The notes under the pieces are model-generated. The model was not told the DNA's origin, did not search any database, and was given only the letters and a program-made list of their open reading frames with translations. The position numbers were made by a program, and so were the translations under genes. From contig CAVVHS010000007.1 in assembly GCA_963748215.1 (NCBI GenBank), positions 192,001-256,000 on the forward strand: a stretch of DNA of 64,000 nt, read 5' to 3'. This document shows, piece by piece, positions 1-10,427 of this stretch; within the stretch, counting starts at the first letter, position 1, and each line of letters starts with the position of its first letter. Source of the stretch: an uncultured Gammaproteobacteria bacterium (GTDB taxonomy: Bacteria; Pseudomonadota; Gammaproteobacteria; UBA9214).

Positions 1-65
1 GCGGCGGCCGAGCTGGACAGGCGGGTCGTGGTTCTGATGCGCGGCGTATCGTCGTGCTGGTCATG

Positions 66-253
66 CAGGGTGCGTTTTACGCGCCGGGAATGGTGCACGG
101 AGTGCACCCTACGCCGTCTATTGGGGTAGGAGCGCATCTCATGCGCGATGATAATGGCCACGGAACCACACGGAAGGACACGGAATAACAGATTATTGCA
201 GTAATGCAGGGTGCGTTTTACGCACCGGGGAATGGTGCACGGAGTGCACCCTG
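66..253. repeat. Composite REP cluster (GTAG/GCAG-GGTGCG REP doublets, GTAGGAGCG REP, CACGGAA repeats)
   Basis: Palindromes GGTGCG-TTTTA-CGCACC and GGTGCAC-GGA-GTGCACC-CTAC, plus GTAGGAGCGCATCTCATGCGCG and GCCACGGAACCACACGGAAGGACACGGAA; the same modules recur throughout the window. Confidence 0.85.
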
Positions 254-428
254 CGGGCTGATTTATTTGTCATTGCGATGACTGCATGGAGGAGGTGAGA
301 CCGGTTCCTCATCGCGCACGCAATGACGATATACATCAATTATTCTGAGGTCCGCCGAGTCATCCGGTACGGAATAGACGCAAGGTCAGCCGGTCAACCC
401 CGAATACAACATCGCAGGAAAGGACAGT

Positions 429-1226
429 ATGTGGCTCCGCACGACATGTAATCTCGAGTTTCAAATGGGGGACTCGACACCCCTGATTCTCATGCTGCGT
501 CCCCGCAGCGGCATCCACCAATGGGTGGCACGGGAGGCCTATACCCTGTCGCCCAGTGTTCCGGTGGTGGAATACACCGACATCTTCGGCAATCTTTGTC
601 AGCGCCTGGTGGCGCCGGCCGGGAATTTTTCCGTGCATACCTCGGCCGACGTGATGACCGCGGATAGCGTGGACCAGGCGCCGGGTGCCTGCTTTGTGGA
701 GATCCAGAATCTGCCCGACCCGGTCCTGCTGTACCTGCTCCCGAGCCGTTATTGTGAATCGGACCGGTTCGGCGATCTCGCGCGGAACATCGTGGACGGC
801 GTGCAGCTCGGCTACGACCAGGTGTACAGAATCAGTGACTGGGTGCGGAACAACATACGCTACATGCCGGGTTCCAGCGCCTTTCCACTCTCCGCCGTTG
901 AAGTCAATGCGCAATGCCAGGGGGTGTGCCGTGATCTCGCCCATCTCGGCATCGCGCTGTGTCGCAGCATCAGCATTCCCGCGCGCCTGGTGGTCGGATT
1001 CCTGTACGGGCTCGAGCCGATGGACCTGCATGCGTGGTTCGAGGCATACGTCGGCGGACGCTGGTATACGTTCGACCCCACGGATATCACGCTGCGCGGT
1101 GGACGGCTTGCCGTGGCCTATGGGCGCGATGCGGCCGACGTGTCGGTATACCACCAGTTCGGCCCGCCGGCCGTGTTCAGCAGCATGGACGTTCGTGTCG
1201 AACAGCTGGACAGACCGCCCGCCTGA
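429..1226 (+). CDS. Transglutaminase-like superfamily protein
   Basis: [26 protein letters not shown] and WYTFDPT motifs (Cys-His-Asp triad); AGGA RBS upstream. Confidence 0.9.
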   Translation: MWLRTTCNLEFQMGDSTPLILMLRPRSGIHQWVAREAYTLSPSVPVVEYTDIFGNLCQRLVAPAGNFSVHTSADVMTADSVDQAPGACFVEIQNLPDPVLLYLLPSRYCESDRFGDLARNIVDGVQLGYDQVYRISDWVRNNIRYMPGSSAFPLSAVEVNAQCQGVCRDLAHLGIALCRSISIPARLVVGFLYGLEPMDLHAWFEAYVGGRWYTFDPTDITLRGGRLAVAYGRDAADVSVYHQFGPPAVFSSMDVRVEQLDRPPA

Positions 1227-1259
1227 GCCCGTAAAAAGATCGCGCAATGTACAGTTGAT

Positions 1260-1307
1260 GTAGGGTGCGTTTTACGCACCGGGAATGGTGCACGGAGTGC
1301 ACCCTAC
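1260..1307. repeat. REP doublet (REPIN-like) between convergent genes
   Basis: GTAGGGTGCGTTTTACGCACC-gggaat-GGTGCACGGAGTGCACCCTAC. Confidence 0.9.
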
Positions 1308-1400
1308 GGGCGTAATCCGTTCCGGCGGATTTGGATAATCGCATCGATCAGGTTCCACCGTCGCAGGATACCGGGCAGGGTGGACGGTGCCGGCGAACGA

Positions 1401-2450
1401 TCAATCGCCGCGCCAGCGACGAAAGAAGCCGCGAAATCCGCGGTTCGTATTCGGCTCTGTCGCCCGGGGCGGTTCGGCTTGTGGCCGCTCCATGCCCCGC
1501 TCCATGCGTTCCTGCTGACGTTCCACGCTGCGTTCACGCTGCCGTTCGGTGTCCCGGTCCGGTCGCGCGTGCCCGGGTTGCTGCCGCTCCATGGCGCGTT
1601 CCCCGCGCGGGGGCTCCGTGCCGGGTACGGGCGGCGGTGCGGCGCCGGCCTTCGGCCGCTCGCGCGGCTCCGGGCGCTGCCGCTCCCCGGGATGCTCCCC
1701 GCGTGGCCGTTCCGCGTTGTGATCGTGATGCGGCACCGCATTGGCTTCCGGTCGTTGCCGTGATTTACGCGGTTCGTCGTGCCGGTGCCTGGGCATGGGC
1801 ATGATCGGTTTGGCATCGGGCGCGGGCTTCGTCCCGGGGGCAGACGGCACCCAGGGGTGGTCGTGCCGGCGCCAGTGGGAATGGCGGTACGGGTACAGGC
1901 GCTGGGAATACCAGGGGTAATACCACGGGTCGTACCAGGACCCGTACCACCACGGCCCGTACCAGGGGTCGTACCAGTAGGTGTAGGGATAGCCATAGGG
2001 TTCGGCCGGCTCGGGCCACAGGTACCATGCCTGCGCATCGACCACGGGATAACTGTACGGATGACTCCCGATCATGCCGAGCTCACTGCCGCGCAGCGTG
2101 CCGGTGATGGTGACCAGGCGGTCGGCGGCGTAGACCTGCGGGTCCAGGAATTCAGGCACGACGGCGATGAAGCGTCCGAGGCTGCTATCGCCGGTGCCGG
2201 GTTCGCCGTCTTTGGCCAGGTGCTGCGCCATTATGGTCAGGCGGGTGACCTGCTCGCGGTTCTCGGTGGCGATCAGCACGCCGCCCCAGCGCACCGCCTG
2301 ACCCGCGTAGACTCCGAAATCCGCCAGCACGTCGTCAGGTGCCGGACTGTCGAGCGGCCCCTGCCGGATCAGCAGCGGCACCTGCGATACGCAGCCGGAG
2401 AGCAGCAGGGCGGCCAGGATGAAAGTGGGAAAGCGTCGGTGCATGTTCAT
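1401..2450 (-). CDS. Slp family outer-membrane lipoprotein with long Tyr/Trp-rich and Pro/Arg/Glu-rich C-terminal extension
   Basis: Lipobox LLSGC; VRWGG, GRFIA, FLDPQVY, VTITG, YPV and YLW Slp motifs; start placed at ATG 2450. Confidence 0.85.
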   Translation of the reverse strand: MNMHRRFPTFILAALLLSGCVSQVPLLIRQGPLDSPAPDDVLADFGVYAGQAVRWGGVLIATENREQVTRLTIMAQHLAKDGEPGTGDSSLGRFIAVVPEFLDPQVYAADRLVTITGTLRGSELGMIGSHPYSYPVVDAQAWYLWPEPAEPYGYPYTYWYDPWYGPWWYGSWYDPWYYPWYSQRLYPYRHSHWRRHDHPWVPSAPGTKPAPDAKPIMPMPRHRHDEPRKSRQRPEANAVPHHDHNAERPRGEHPGERQRPEPRERPKAGAAPPPVPGTEPPRGERAMERQQPGHARPDRDTERQRERSVERQQERMERGMERPQAEPPRATEPNTNRGFRGFFRRWRGD

Positions 2451-2473
2451 GGTCCGGTTGATCCTAACAGTTT

Positions 2474-2501
2474 TTAGAGTCGCCGGGCGGCCATGAGTTG
2501 C
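2474..2501 (-). promoter_or_regulatory. Putative ECF (sigmaE-like) promoter upstream of slp
   Basis: Minus strand GCAACT-N17-TCTAA; the same motif lies upstream of the slp pair at 11830-11856. Confidence 0.5.
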
Positions 2502-2510
2502 ATGGGGGAA

Positions 2511-3096
2511 GTGCGTTGTACGCACCGGGAAAGGTGCATGGAATCAGATGAAGTGAGATGTGAGACGTGAAAAGAAGAATGGCCACGGAAGCACACGGAA
2601 GAACACGGAAAAACAGATTATTGCAGAAATGTAGGGTGCGTTTTACGCACCGGGAACGTAATGTAGGGTGCGTTCCACGCACCGGGAATGGTGCACAAAG
2701 TGCACCCTGCAACAGATGTAGGGTGCGTTTTACGCACCGGGAAAGGTGCATGGAATCAGATGAAGTGAGATGTGAGACGTGAAAAGAAGAATGGCCACGG
2801 AAGCACACGGAATAACACGGAAAAACAGATTATTGCAGAAATGTAGGATGCGTTTTACGCACCGGGAACGTAATGTAGGGTGCGTTCCACGCACCGGGAA
2901 TGGTGCACAAAGTGCACCCTACAACAGACGTAGGGTGCGTTTTACGCACCGGGAAGGGTGCATGGAATCAGATGAAGTGAGACGTGAAAAGAAGAATGGC
3001 CACGGAACCACACGGAAGGACACGGAATAACAGATTATTGCAGTAATGCAGGGTGTGTTTTACACACCGGGGGATGGTGTGCGGCGTGCACCCTGC
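2511..3096. repeat. Composite REP array with a tandem ~212-bp unit
   Basis: Unit of REP palindromes + GTGAGA(T/C) heptamers + CACGGAA repeats, repeated at a 212-bp offset (e.g. 2567 vs 2779). Confidence 0.9.
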
Positions 3097-3388
3097 GGGC
3101 CTCGGTTCTTCATTCTTTGATTCAGACGGGGATGGTTCGCCGCATGCACCTGCAGTCCGATACCCTGGCCCGCCTGGCCTGGGATCAGGATGTTCAGGTA
3201 AGGTTATTGATCCACCTGGAAAAGATTCCCGCGTTGAACCGCCCGGTTCGGATGCTGCCCCATTAAAGATTTTGATGGGTAAAGCGATACAGGATGCTGA
3301 GTACTGGGGATCAAAAAGTCGCTACCTGCCTGTCATTTCAGCGTTCCACCCCAGAGCATAACCAAGGACAGAATCTGGCGGCCGGGAC

Positions 3389-6300
3389 GTGACACCCAAA
3401 ACCTTTTCGCGACAATTCGGCTGGCTCATCCTGCTGACCTGGACGGTACCGCCGGTGGTCGGTTTGTCCTTTCTGGTCTATATCGGGATGTTCACGCTCG
3501 AACAGATCTGGCGGATGCTCACCACACCCCTCGAACCGGCCTTCATCCTGGTCTGGCTCGGATTCGCCCTCTGGTATTTCAGGAATTACGCCCGGCCCAT
3601 CGTCGCTTCGCTCGACATTCCCGGGAATGAGTTGCCGGCTGTCGTCAACCAGCGCATGCAATGGTTCCCGCTGCATTATTTCGGCCTGTTCATGACGTAC
3701 CTGCTGATGGCGCCGAGTTCGGTGATCTGGAGCGCACAGATTTATACCGCTTTCACGGCAACACCTGTCGACTGGTTTCGCATTCACCTGGTGGCATTGA
3801 TCGTCTCCATCATCGTCGGCCTGCCGATCTTTTTCATGATTCTCGACCTGTTCGGCAAGGCCGTGTCAGGCCGGTGGCTGACCCGGCCACATGTGAAGAT
3901 CACGACGAAGGTATTCCTGATCGGGGCCCTGATACCGCTGCTGATCGATACCATGATCGTGCAGTACTACTGGACCCGAACCGGCTTCTTCACCACAGAA
4001 ACCTTCTTTGTCTGGCTTACCCTGGAAGTACTGGCAATACTGGGCAGCTTGATTTTCGTGAAGAGCTTCAGCCAGTCGCTGCAACCGCTGGCCTGTGTAC
4101 TGGAGAAATCGCCTGCCAGCAAACTGAATGGCCACACCACTCTGTCCCCGTGTTCCACCGATGAACTGGGGGTGCTGGCGACCGGTTACCGGAACCTGCT
4201 GGATAACCTGCAGCTGCACGGAGATATCCTGCGGCTCGGCAACCGCCTGCTGCAGACCAGCGAAGGCGAGGCTGACATCGGTGAGGTGATGAATGAAATC
4301 ATCCGGCTGTGTCGCGACAACGTCGGTGGTGACACGGTTTTTCTCATCCTGCATGACCCGGCCAGCGATGAGCTGGTGGGTGTGGCGCAGACCGGATCCC
4401 CGTACAAGCCCGACGGTCACTTCCGCCTGTCGCTGGATGAAACCTCGACCTCCACCTGGGTGTTCAGGCACGGGGAGATGGCCGTCATGAAAGATGCCTT
4501 GCATGACCCGCGTGCCAGCACGCGACTGCAGGCGCGTTTCTCCACACGGTCCGCACTCGCTGTACCACTGCGGGTCGATGGCAGGACTATCGGCGTGCTG
4601 ATGTCGGCAACGGTAAACGAACCGACAGACTACAGCGACACTGACATATACCTGATGCAAACCCTGGCTGACGAGGCCGCGCTCGCCGTTCACACGCACA
4701 TGCTGCAACGGGAAAAGGCCCGTTCGGAAGCAGCTACGCGCAAACGGGAAGAGCAGATTCACCTGCTGATGGACTATTCAGCCGAGGCGGTGTTCGCCGT
4801 GGACCTCGAGGGTAACTGCACCTTTGCCAATCCCGCCTGTTACCGAATGCTGGGCTACACGGGCGAGGCGGATCTGCTCGGACGCAATATGCACGAACTT
4901 ATTCATTACACACGGTCGGACGGGAGTCCCTATCCGCAGGAGGAATGCCGGGTCCAGCAGGCGGTGAAGCTGGGAGAATCCGGTCATGACGATACCGAGG
5001 TCCACTGGCGCGCGGACGGCAGCTGTTTCCCGGTGGAGTGGTGGTCGCATCCGGTCTACAAGCACGGCGAGCTCATCGGCAGCGTGGTCAACTTTGTTGA
5101 TATTACCCAGCGCAAACAGGCCGAGGCCGAGGTGCAGCGACTGGGTGAATACAATACGCTGTTACTGGAATCGACCGGGGACGGCATCTTCGGCGTGGAT
5201 TCCGAGCTGCGTTGCACGTTTGCCAACCGTGCTGCCTGCGATATGCTGGGCTTTCCGGCCGCCGGGCTGATCGGCCAGGATATGCACGCCCTGGTACAGC
5301 ACAGTCACGAGGATGGCCGGCCACGCGCCCGTGAGCAAAGCCCGATCTATCGGGCGATCCGGGAGGACAAGTACCTGCTGTCGGAATCCGATGTCCTGTG
5401 GCATCGCGGCGAGGACCCGTTTCCGGTGCAGTACTCCTGCAACACCCTGCGCAGGGGCGAAGCGATAACCGGCGCTGTGGTCGTGTTTCGCAACATTGCC
5501 GAGGCGCGCGCCATGTCGCAGAAGATGGAGTATCTGGCTACCCACGATCCGCTCACCGGCCTGGTCAATCGCCGCGAGTTCGAGCGTCGCCTCGGTTCCG
5601 CCATGGAGGCCATGTCAGCGCGGGGCCGGGATTGCGCCCTGTGCTACCTCGACCTGGACCAGTTCAAGGTAGTCAACGATACCTGCGGTCACGTGGCAGG
5701 CGATGAATTGTTGCGCCAGCTGGCTACGATCCTGCACGGCCGGCTCAGAAAGCAGGACACCCTGGCGCGGCTCGGCGGCGATGAATTCGGGGTGCTGTTT
5801 CTGGACTGCAGCATGCAACGGGCTGTGAACATAGCCCACGAGATGCTGGGCGAAATCCAGGATTTCCGTTTCGTCTGGGAAGACAAGAACTTTGCGGTGG
5901 GCGCCAGCATCGGCATGGTGGCGCTCACGGAGGATATTGCCGATACCGCGGAAGCGCTCAGTGCCGCCGATGCGGCCTGCTATTTAGCCAAGGATGCAGG
6001 GCGCAATCGCGTGCATATCTACGAGCAGGACGACAAGGAGCTGACGCAGCGCAAGGGCGAGATGCAGTGGGTATCCCGGATTCGGGATGCCCTGGATCGC
6101 CGGCAGTTCGTCCTCGTCGGGCAACTCATCAAACCTGTTCGTGCAGACAGCGATGCAGGGGGTACCGGACTCGAGGTGCTGGTGCGCATGCTGGATGATA
6201 CGGGGAACATAATACTGCCCGGCGCATTCCTGCCGGCCGCCGAGCGCTACAATCTGATAGTCGCACTCGATCGCTGGGTCGTGGAGGAAACACTGCAACA

Positions 6301-6859
6301 CCTGGGCCGGCACGCTGATCTCCTTGGCAGGCTGGAATTCTGCACCATCAATCTCTCGGGCAGTTCCTTTGGGGATGACGATTTCCTCGCATTCATGGTG
6401 GATCAGCTCGACCGTACCCGGGTGCCGGCCGGCAAGCTCTGTTTCGAGATCACCGAGACCGCGGCGGTTGCCAATCTCAGCAAGGCGATCCACTTCATCC
6501 GCACCCTGAAGGAATACGGCTGCCGTTTTGCCCTGGACGATTTCGGCAGCGGCATGTCTTCCTTCACCTACCTCAAGAACCTGCCGGTCGATTTTCTCAA
6601 GATCGATGGCAACTTCGTCCGTGACATGGCGCGCGATCCCATCGATCGTGCCATGGTCACCGCAATCCACCAGGTGGGCAGTGTGATGGGTATCCGCACC
6701 ATTGCCGAGTTCGTGGAAAACGAAGAGATCCTCGCTGCCTTGCGGGAGATCGGTGTGGACTACGCCCAGGGCTTCGGCCAGTCCCGGCCAGAGCCGCTTG
6801 AAGACATCCTGCGTTCGAACGCCGAAATCGGTGCCGCAAGTACTTCCCACGCCGGGTAA
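3389..6859 (+). CDS. Membrane-bound diguanylate cyclase/phosphodiesterase (TM-GAF-PAS-PAS-GGDEF-EAL)
   Basis: N-terminal TM helices, GAF, two PAS domains, HDPLTGLVNR, RLGGDEF, EVLVRM, EITET, ALDDFGSG, KIDGNF, YAQGF. Confidence 0.95.
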   Translation: MTPKTFSRQFGWLILLTWTVPPVVGLSFLVYIGMFTLEQIWRMLTTPLEPAFILVWLGFALWYFRNYARPIVASLDIPGNELPAVVNQRMQWFPLHYFGLFMTYLLMAPSSVIWSAQIYTAFTATPVDWFRIHLVALIVSIIVGLPIFFMILDLFGKAVSGRWLTRPHVKITTKVFLIGALIPLLIDTMIVQYYWTRTGFFTTETFFVWLTLEVLAILGSLIFVKSFSQSLQPLACVLEKSPASKLNGHTTLSPCSTDELGVLATGYRNLLDNLQLHGDILRLGNRLLQTSEGEADIGEVMNEIIRLCRDNVGGDTVFLILHDPASDELVGVAQTGSPYKPDGHFRLSLDETSTSTWVFRHGEMAVMKDALHDPRASTRLQARFSTRSALAVPLRVDGRTIGVLMSATVNEPTDYSDTDIYLMQTLADEAALAVHTHMLQREKARSEAATRKREEQIHLLMDYSAEAVFAVDLEGNCTFANPACYRMLGYTGEADLLGRNMHELIHYTRSDGSPYPQEECRVQQAVKLGESGHDDTEVHWRADGSCFPVEWWSHPVYKHGELIGSVVNFVDITQRKQAEAEVQRLGEYNTLLLESTGDGIFGVDSELRCTFANRAACDMLGFPAAGLIGQDMHALVQHSHEDGRPRAREQSPIYRAIREDKYLLSESDVLWHRGEDPFPVQYSCNTLRRGEAITGAVVVFRNIAEARAMSQKMEYLATHDPLTGLVNRREFERRLGSAMEAMSARGRDCALCYLDLDQFKVVNDTCGHVAGDELLRQLATILHGRLRKQDTLARLGGDEFGVLFLDCSMQRAVNIAHEMLGEIQDFRFVWEDKNFAVGASIGMVALTEDIADTAEALSAADAACYLAKDAGRNRVHIYEQDDKELTQRKGEMQWVSRIRDALDRRQFVLVGQLIKPVRADSDAGGTGLEVLVRMLDDTGNIILPGAFLPAAERYNLIVALDRWVVEETLQHLGRHADLLGRLEFCTINLSGSSFGDDDFLAFMVDQLDRTRVPAGKLCFEITETAAVANLSKAIHFIRTLKEYGCRFALDDFGSGMSSFTYLKNLPVDFLKIDGNFVRDMARDPIDRAMVTAIHQVGSVMGIRTIAEFVENEEILAALREIGVDYAQGFGQSRPEPLEDILRSNAEIGAASTSHAG

Positions 6860-7530
6860 CCGGTTGCACGGAGCGTTGCATACGCCGATAACGGTGCATA
6901 CAGTGCACCCTGCAACAGAATCAGAGAAAGTGAGGCGTGAGACGTGAAAAGAAGAATGGCCGCGGAACCACATGGAAGGACACGGAATAACAGATCATTG
7001 CAGTAATTCAGGGTGTTTTTTACGCACCGGGAACGTAATGTAGGGTGCGTTCCACGCACCGGGAATGGTGCACAAAGTGCACCCTACAACAGACGTAGGG
7101 TGCGTTTTACGCACCGGGAAGGATGCATGGAATCAGATGAAGTGAAAGGTGAGACGTGAAAAGAAGAATGGCCACGGAACCACACGGAAAAACAGATTAT
7201 TGCAGAAATGCAGGGTGCGTTTTACGCACCGGGAACGTAATGTAGGGTGCGTTCCACGCACCGGGAATGGTGCACAAAGTGCACCCTACAACAGACGTAG
7301 GGTGGGTTTTACGCACCGGGAAGGGTGCATGGAATCAGATGAAGTGAAAGGTGAGACGTGAAAAAAAGAATGGCCACGGAAGCACACGGAAGGACACGGA
7401 AAAAAAGATTATTGCAAGAATGCAGGGTGTTTTTTACGCACCGGGAACGTAATGTAGGGTGCGTTCCACGCACCGGGAAGGGTGCACAAAGTGCACCCTA
7501 CAACAGACGTAGGGTGGGTTTTACCCACCG
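6860..7530. repeat. Composite REP array (~200-210-bp units, same family as 2511-3096)
   Basis: About three tandem copies of the REP + heptamer + CACGGAA module. Confidence 0.9.
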
Positions 7531-7545
7531 GCTTCTCCTGCCATC

Positions 7546-8004
7546 TCAAGCCAGCCTGTCGAGCAGCCGGTCGAGAAAGCCGAGCTGGCTGCTGGACATC
7601 CGCTGGCGGGCCTCATCAATGGTAAGCCAGCGGCCTTCATCGATCTCCGGGTATTCACAGCGCCGGCCCGAGTGGCGCGGCCATTCCAGGGTGAAGGTGT
7701 TGCTGTGGATGCGGGCCACGTCCAGGTCGCCCTCCAGCGCCCAGGCATGGACGATCTTGCCGCTCTTCATCCGCAGCTCGCCCAGCGGGATGAAATCCCC
7801 GTCGACGGCGAAGCCGGTCTCCTCGCTGAACTCGCGCCGCGCGGCGTCCAGCGGCACCTCGTCCGCTTCCCCCATCCCCTTGGGGATCGACCACGCCCCG
7901 AGGTCCTTGCCTTCCCAGAACGGCCCGCCGGGATGCACCAGCAACACCTGCAGTTCGCCGGCCACGTAGCGGTAGAGGAGAATGCCGTAGCTGTGGACCG
8001 TCAT
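7546..8004 (-). CDS. NUDIX hydrolase (predicted NTP pyrophosphohydrolase)
   Basis: LLVHPGGPFW, WSIPKG and Nudix box G..E...AARREFSEETG; YPEID. Confidence 0.92.
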   Translation of the reverse strand: MTVHSYGILLYRYVAGELQVLLVHPGGPFWEGKDLGAWSIPKGMGEADEVPLDAARREFSEETGFAVDGDFIPLGELRMKSGKIVHAWALEGDLDVARIHSNTFTLEWPRHSGRRCEYPEIDEGRWLTIDEARQRMSSSQLGFLDRLLDRLA

Positions 8005-8091
8005 GGCTCGTCAGGGAATCGCTTGATCGGGGTCTGCAACATGGTGGCAATACTATTGGCAAACCGGTTGTCATTCCAACCCGACAGCAAA

Positions 8092-8352
8092 TGCAGGGTA
8101 CATTCCATGCACCAGCAGATGCAGGGTGCGTTTTACGCACCATGTGCGGTGCACGAGGTGCACCAACGATCGCAGCAAGATGTAGGGTGCGTTTTACGCA
8201 CCGTGAGCGGTGCACGAAGTGCACCCTACAACCGAATCGGAGGAAGGTAACGTAACATGTAATCCGTGAAAAGAAGAATGGCCACGGAACCACACGGAAG
8301 GACACGGAATAACAGATTATTGCAGCAATGCAGGGTGCGTTTTACGCACCGG
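8092..8352. repeat. Composite REP cluster
   Basis: GGTGCGTTTTACGCACC/GGTGCAC palindromes, GTAAC heptamer-like run, CACGGAA repeats. Confidence 0.85.
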
Positions 8353-8409
8353 AAACATTGCACAATGTGCATACTGCAACGCGCTATATTTTCGAGACCC
8401 GGAGCTACG

Positions 8410-8754
8410 ATGGATATTCACCTTACCCTGCAACGCATCCATGCGATCCTGCTCGATCACCCAGGGGAGAGCGCAGCGTGGCTGGGCTCGGTGATCGAGC
8501 TGTGCGCAACGGATGAAACCCGCTGCTACCGGGAACTGAACTCGAAACGCATGTGGGGCGGTGCCGGTTCCATCGCCAATGAAGCCCTGGCGGATAACCC
8601 GGGACTGGACGACTGGATCTGGCAGGCGGAAATACGCGAATTCCGGGAACTGATGATCGAGCTGGGCGATCATCTGCAGGCACGTGGTAATGCCTGGCCC
8701 GATATTTCCAGCTGGCTGCTGGCGTTCAGCAACTGGAACCAGTCCGGGGTGTGA
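8410..8754 (+). CDS. Small hypothetical helical protein (possibly DUF6966-like)
   Basis: GGAG RBS before ATG 8410; WGGAGSI motif reminiscent of the GGMGS motif of that family; the longer ORF start lies inside repeats. Confidence 0.6.
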   Translation: MDIHLTLQRIHAILLDHPGESAAWLGSVIELCATDETRCYRELNSKRMWGGAGSIANEALADNPGLDDWIWQAEIREFRELMIELGDHLQARGNAWPDISSWLLAFSNWNQSGV

Positions 8755-8771
8755 GTGATGCAGGGATTGCT

Positions 8772-9038
8772 TCAGGCGGCGTTGCGTCGCTTCATGGCCT
8801 GGTCGAGATCCCAGGTTGCCTGCAGGTTCATCCACAGCTTGGCCGAGGTTCCCAGTACCTCAGCGAGGTCCAGGGCGGATTCGGCAGTAATGCCGCGCTT
8901 GCCGCGGATCAGTTCATTGAGGCGCGCACGCGTCCAGCCCAGTTGCTCGGCAAAAGCGGCCTGGGTGATACCGGCCGGTTGCAGAAACTCCTCCAGTAAA
9001 ATCTCGCCAGGATGAAACGGGTTGGTTGGCTGTTTCAT
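8772..9038 (-). CDS. higA: HigA family antitoxin (HTH_3)
   Basis: HPGEILLEEFL, TQAAFAEQLG, LNELIRGKRGIT, WMNLQ. Confidence 0.93.
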   Translation of the reverse strand: MKQPTNPFHPGEILLEEFLQPAGITQAAFAEQLGWTRARLNELIRGKRGITAESALDLAEVLGTSAKLWMNLQATWDLDQAMKRRNAA

Positions 9039-9052
9039 ATCATCGTACCTCT

Positions 9053-9343
9053 TCAATGGTAGTCCGTCACTTCGACATCGAAGGCATTCCCGCCTTGCCA
9101 GCGGAATACAATGCGCCATTGCTCGTTGATCCGTATTGAATGTCTGCCTTTAATACTTCCCTTGAGCGCCTCGAGCCGGTTACCGGGCGGTTTCTGTAGA
9201 TCCTTCAAGTCAGCGGCGTCGTGAAGGTAGAGCAGTTTGCGCCGTGCGGCACGGTGCAGCTCCGGTGGGAACGCACGTGTGGCCCGGGAGCGCCGGTCAT
9301 AATAAAGATCTTCAGCCAGGCGGTTACCGAAGGATTCTATCAT
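9053..9343 (-). CDS. higB: HigB (RelE-like) toxin
   Basis: MIESF, ARRKL, DLQKPPGNRLEALKG, HSIRINEQWRIVFRW, DVEVTDYH; toxin-first order with higA. Confidence 0.93.
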   Translation of the reverse strand: MIESFGNRLAEDLYYDRRSRATRAFPPELHRAARRKLLYLHDAADLKDLQKPPGNRLEALKGSIKGRHSIRINEQWRIVFRWQGGNAFDVEVTDYH

Positions 9344-9354
9344 GTGTTATCAAG

Positions 9355-9371
9355 TTATCGTATAACGATAA
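9355..9371. promoter_or_regulatory. Probable HigA operator palindrome
   Basis: TTATCG-TATAA-CGATAA inverted repeat ~12 bp upstream of the higB start. Confidence 0.65.
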
Positions 9372-9662
9372 TTTTATCAAGGCCCGGCAAGCTGTTAATC
9401 CGGGTCGCTACAGGGACTACAACATGGCAACAGTACTGCTTGTGGGTCGATTGGTCTCTCAATCGGGTCATTTTCCTTTGTAGGCATTAGCCTTGTATAC
9501 AGGTCGGTCCACGTGCGAATCAGTCGTCACCAATGCGTGAGGTACAGAGAGAGGGTGAGACCGTTTTTACGGGCATAGCCCGGGTCGAGAGGCAGGCCTG
9601 GGCGATGCAGGAATAGTGCCGTAGCCCGGGTTGAGTGTTAGCGAAACCCGGGTTTGCGGATT

Positions 9663-10370
9663 TCAATAGTCTTCCTGTTCTTCAGGCTCCGTCCGCTCGG
9701 CGGCGACATAGGGGATCTGCCGGTAGTGGCTGGCCGGGTGGCTGCAGACGGGGCAGTATTCACCGGGATGCTCGACCAGCGTGGACCCGCAGATCTGGCA
9801 CACATGATAGTCCACGTATTCCCCTTCGATATGGGCGATCAGGAACTTGAACCAGTTCTTCGCGGCATCCTGCATGCGGCCCAGCAGATCACGGTGCTGC
9901 TTCTCCGCCTCCCAGGCCCAGGTCAGGTTGTCGATCGCTTCCTGGTGATTTTCCGGTTTGATGCTCGCCAGCAGGGCGGGGTACCTGTTATCGATCTCGT
10001 CAGCCTCGACCCCGGTGGCATGCATGATATTGGAGCGGGTGCTTTCCACCGGTCTGGGTGGCAGCGCTTCGGCGGGCACCCGGGCACCGAGTTCGTCGAG
10101 GATGCGTTTGAAATTACGCGCGTGGATGCCCTCGGATGCGGCCAGGGACTTGAACAGGTAGGCGCTGTTGGGATAACCCTCTTCCAGCGCCTTGTCGGAA
10201 AACGCGTTGTAGGAAACGTGTGCCCCGACCTCGTCCCGGTAACGCTCCTGCAAGGCCTGGATGGTTTCGGCATACTCGGCCGCGACGCAAACACTCACGC
10301 CAGGAACCCACAACAGCGTCCCGATCATCAGCGCCTTCAGGATATCCCGAGACCGGTATGCATCTGCCAT
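9663..10370 (-). CDS. Rubrerythrin family protein with N-terminal signal-like leader
   Basis: Ferritin-like E..H motifs (SEGIHA, AEKQH) and C-terminal rubredoxin-like CQICG...CPVC; hydrophobic leader ending CVA/AEY. Confidence 0.88.
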   Translation of the reverse strand: MADAYRSRDILKALMIGTLLWVPGVSVCVAAEYAETIQALQERYRDEVGAHVSYNAFSDKALEEGYPNSAYLFKSLAASEGIHARNFKRILDELGARVPAEALPPRPVESTRSNIMHATGVEADEIDNRYPALLASIKPENHQEAIDNLTWAWEAEKQHRDLLGRMQDAAKNWFKFLIAHIEGEYVDYHVCQICGSTLVEHPGEYCPVCSHPASHYRQIPYVAAERTEPEEQEDY

Positions 10371-10427
10371 AAATAGCCTCCCAACTGTTCATCGACATCA
10401 TACAATATCGCCATCACAAAAGCAGAT

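Noticed and set aside
2464-3030. Short ORFs such as MKRRMATEAHGRTRKN...CRVRFTHR (also at 7149, 7358, 12142, 14593, 46920)
   Set aside because: They are translations of non-coding repeat modules, with no RBS or protein-family signal
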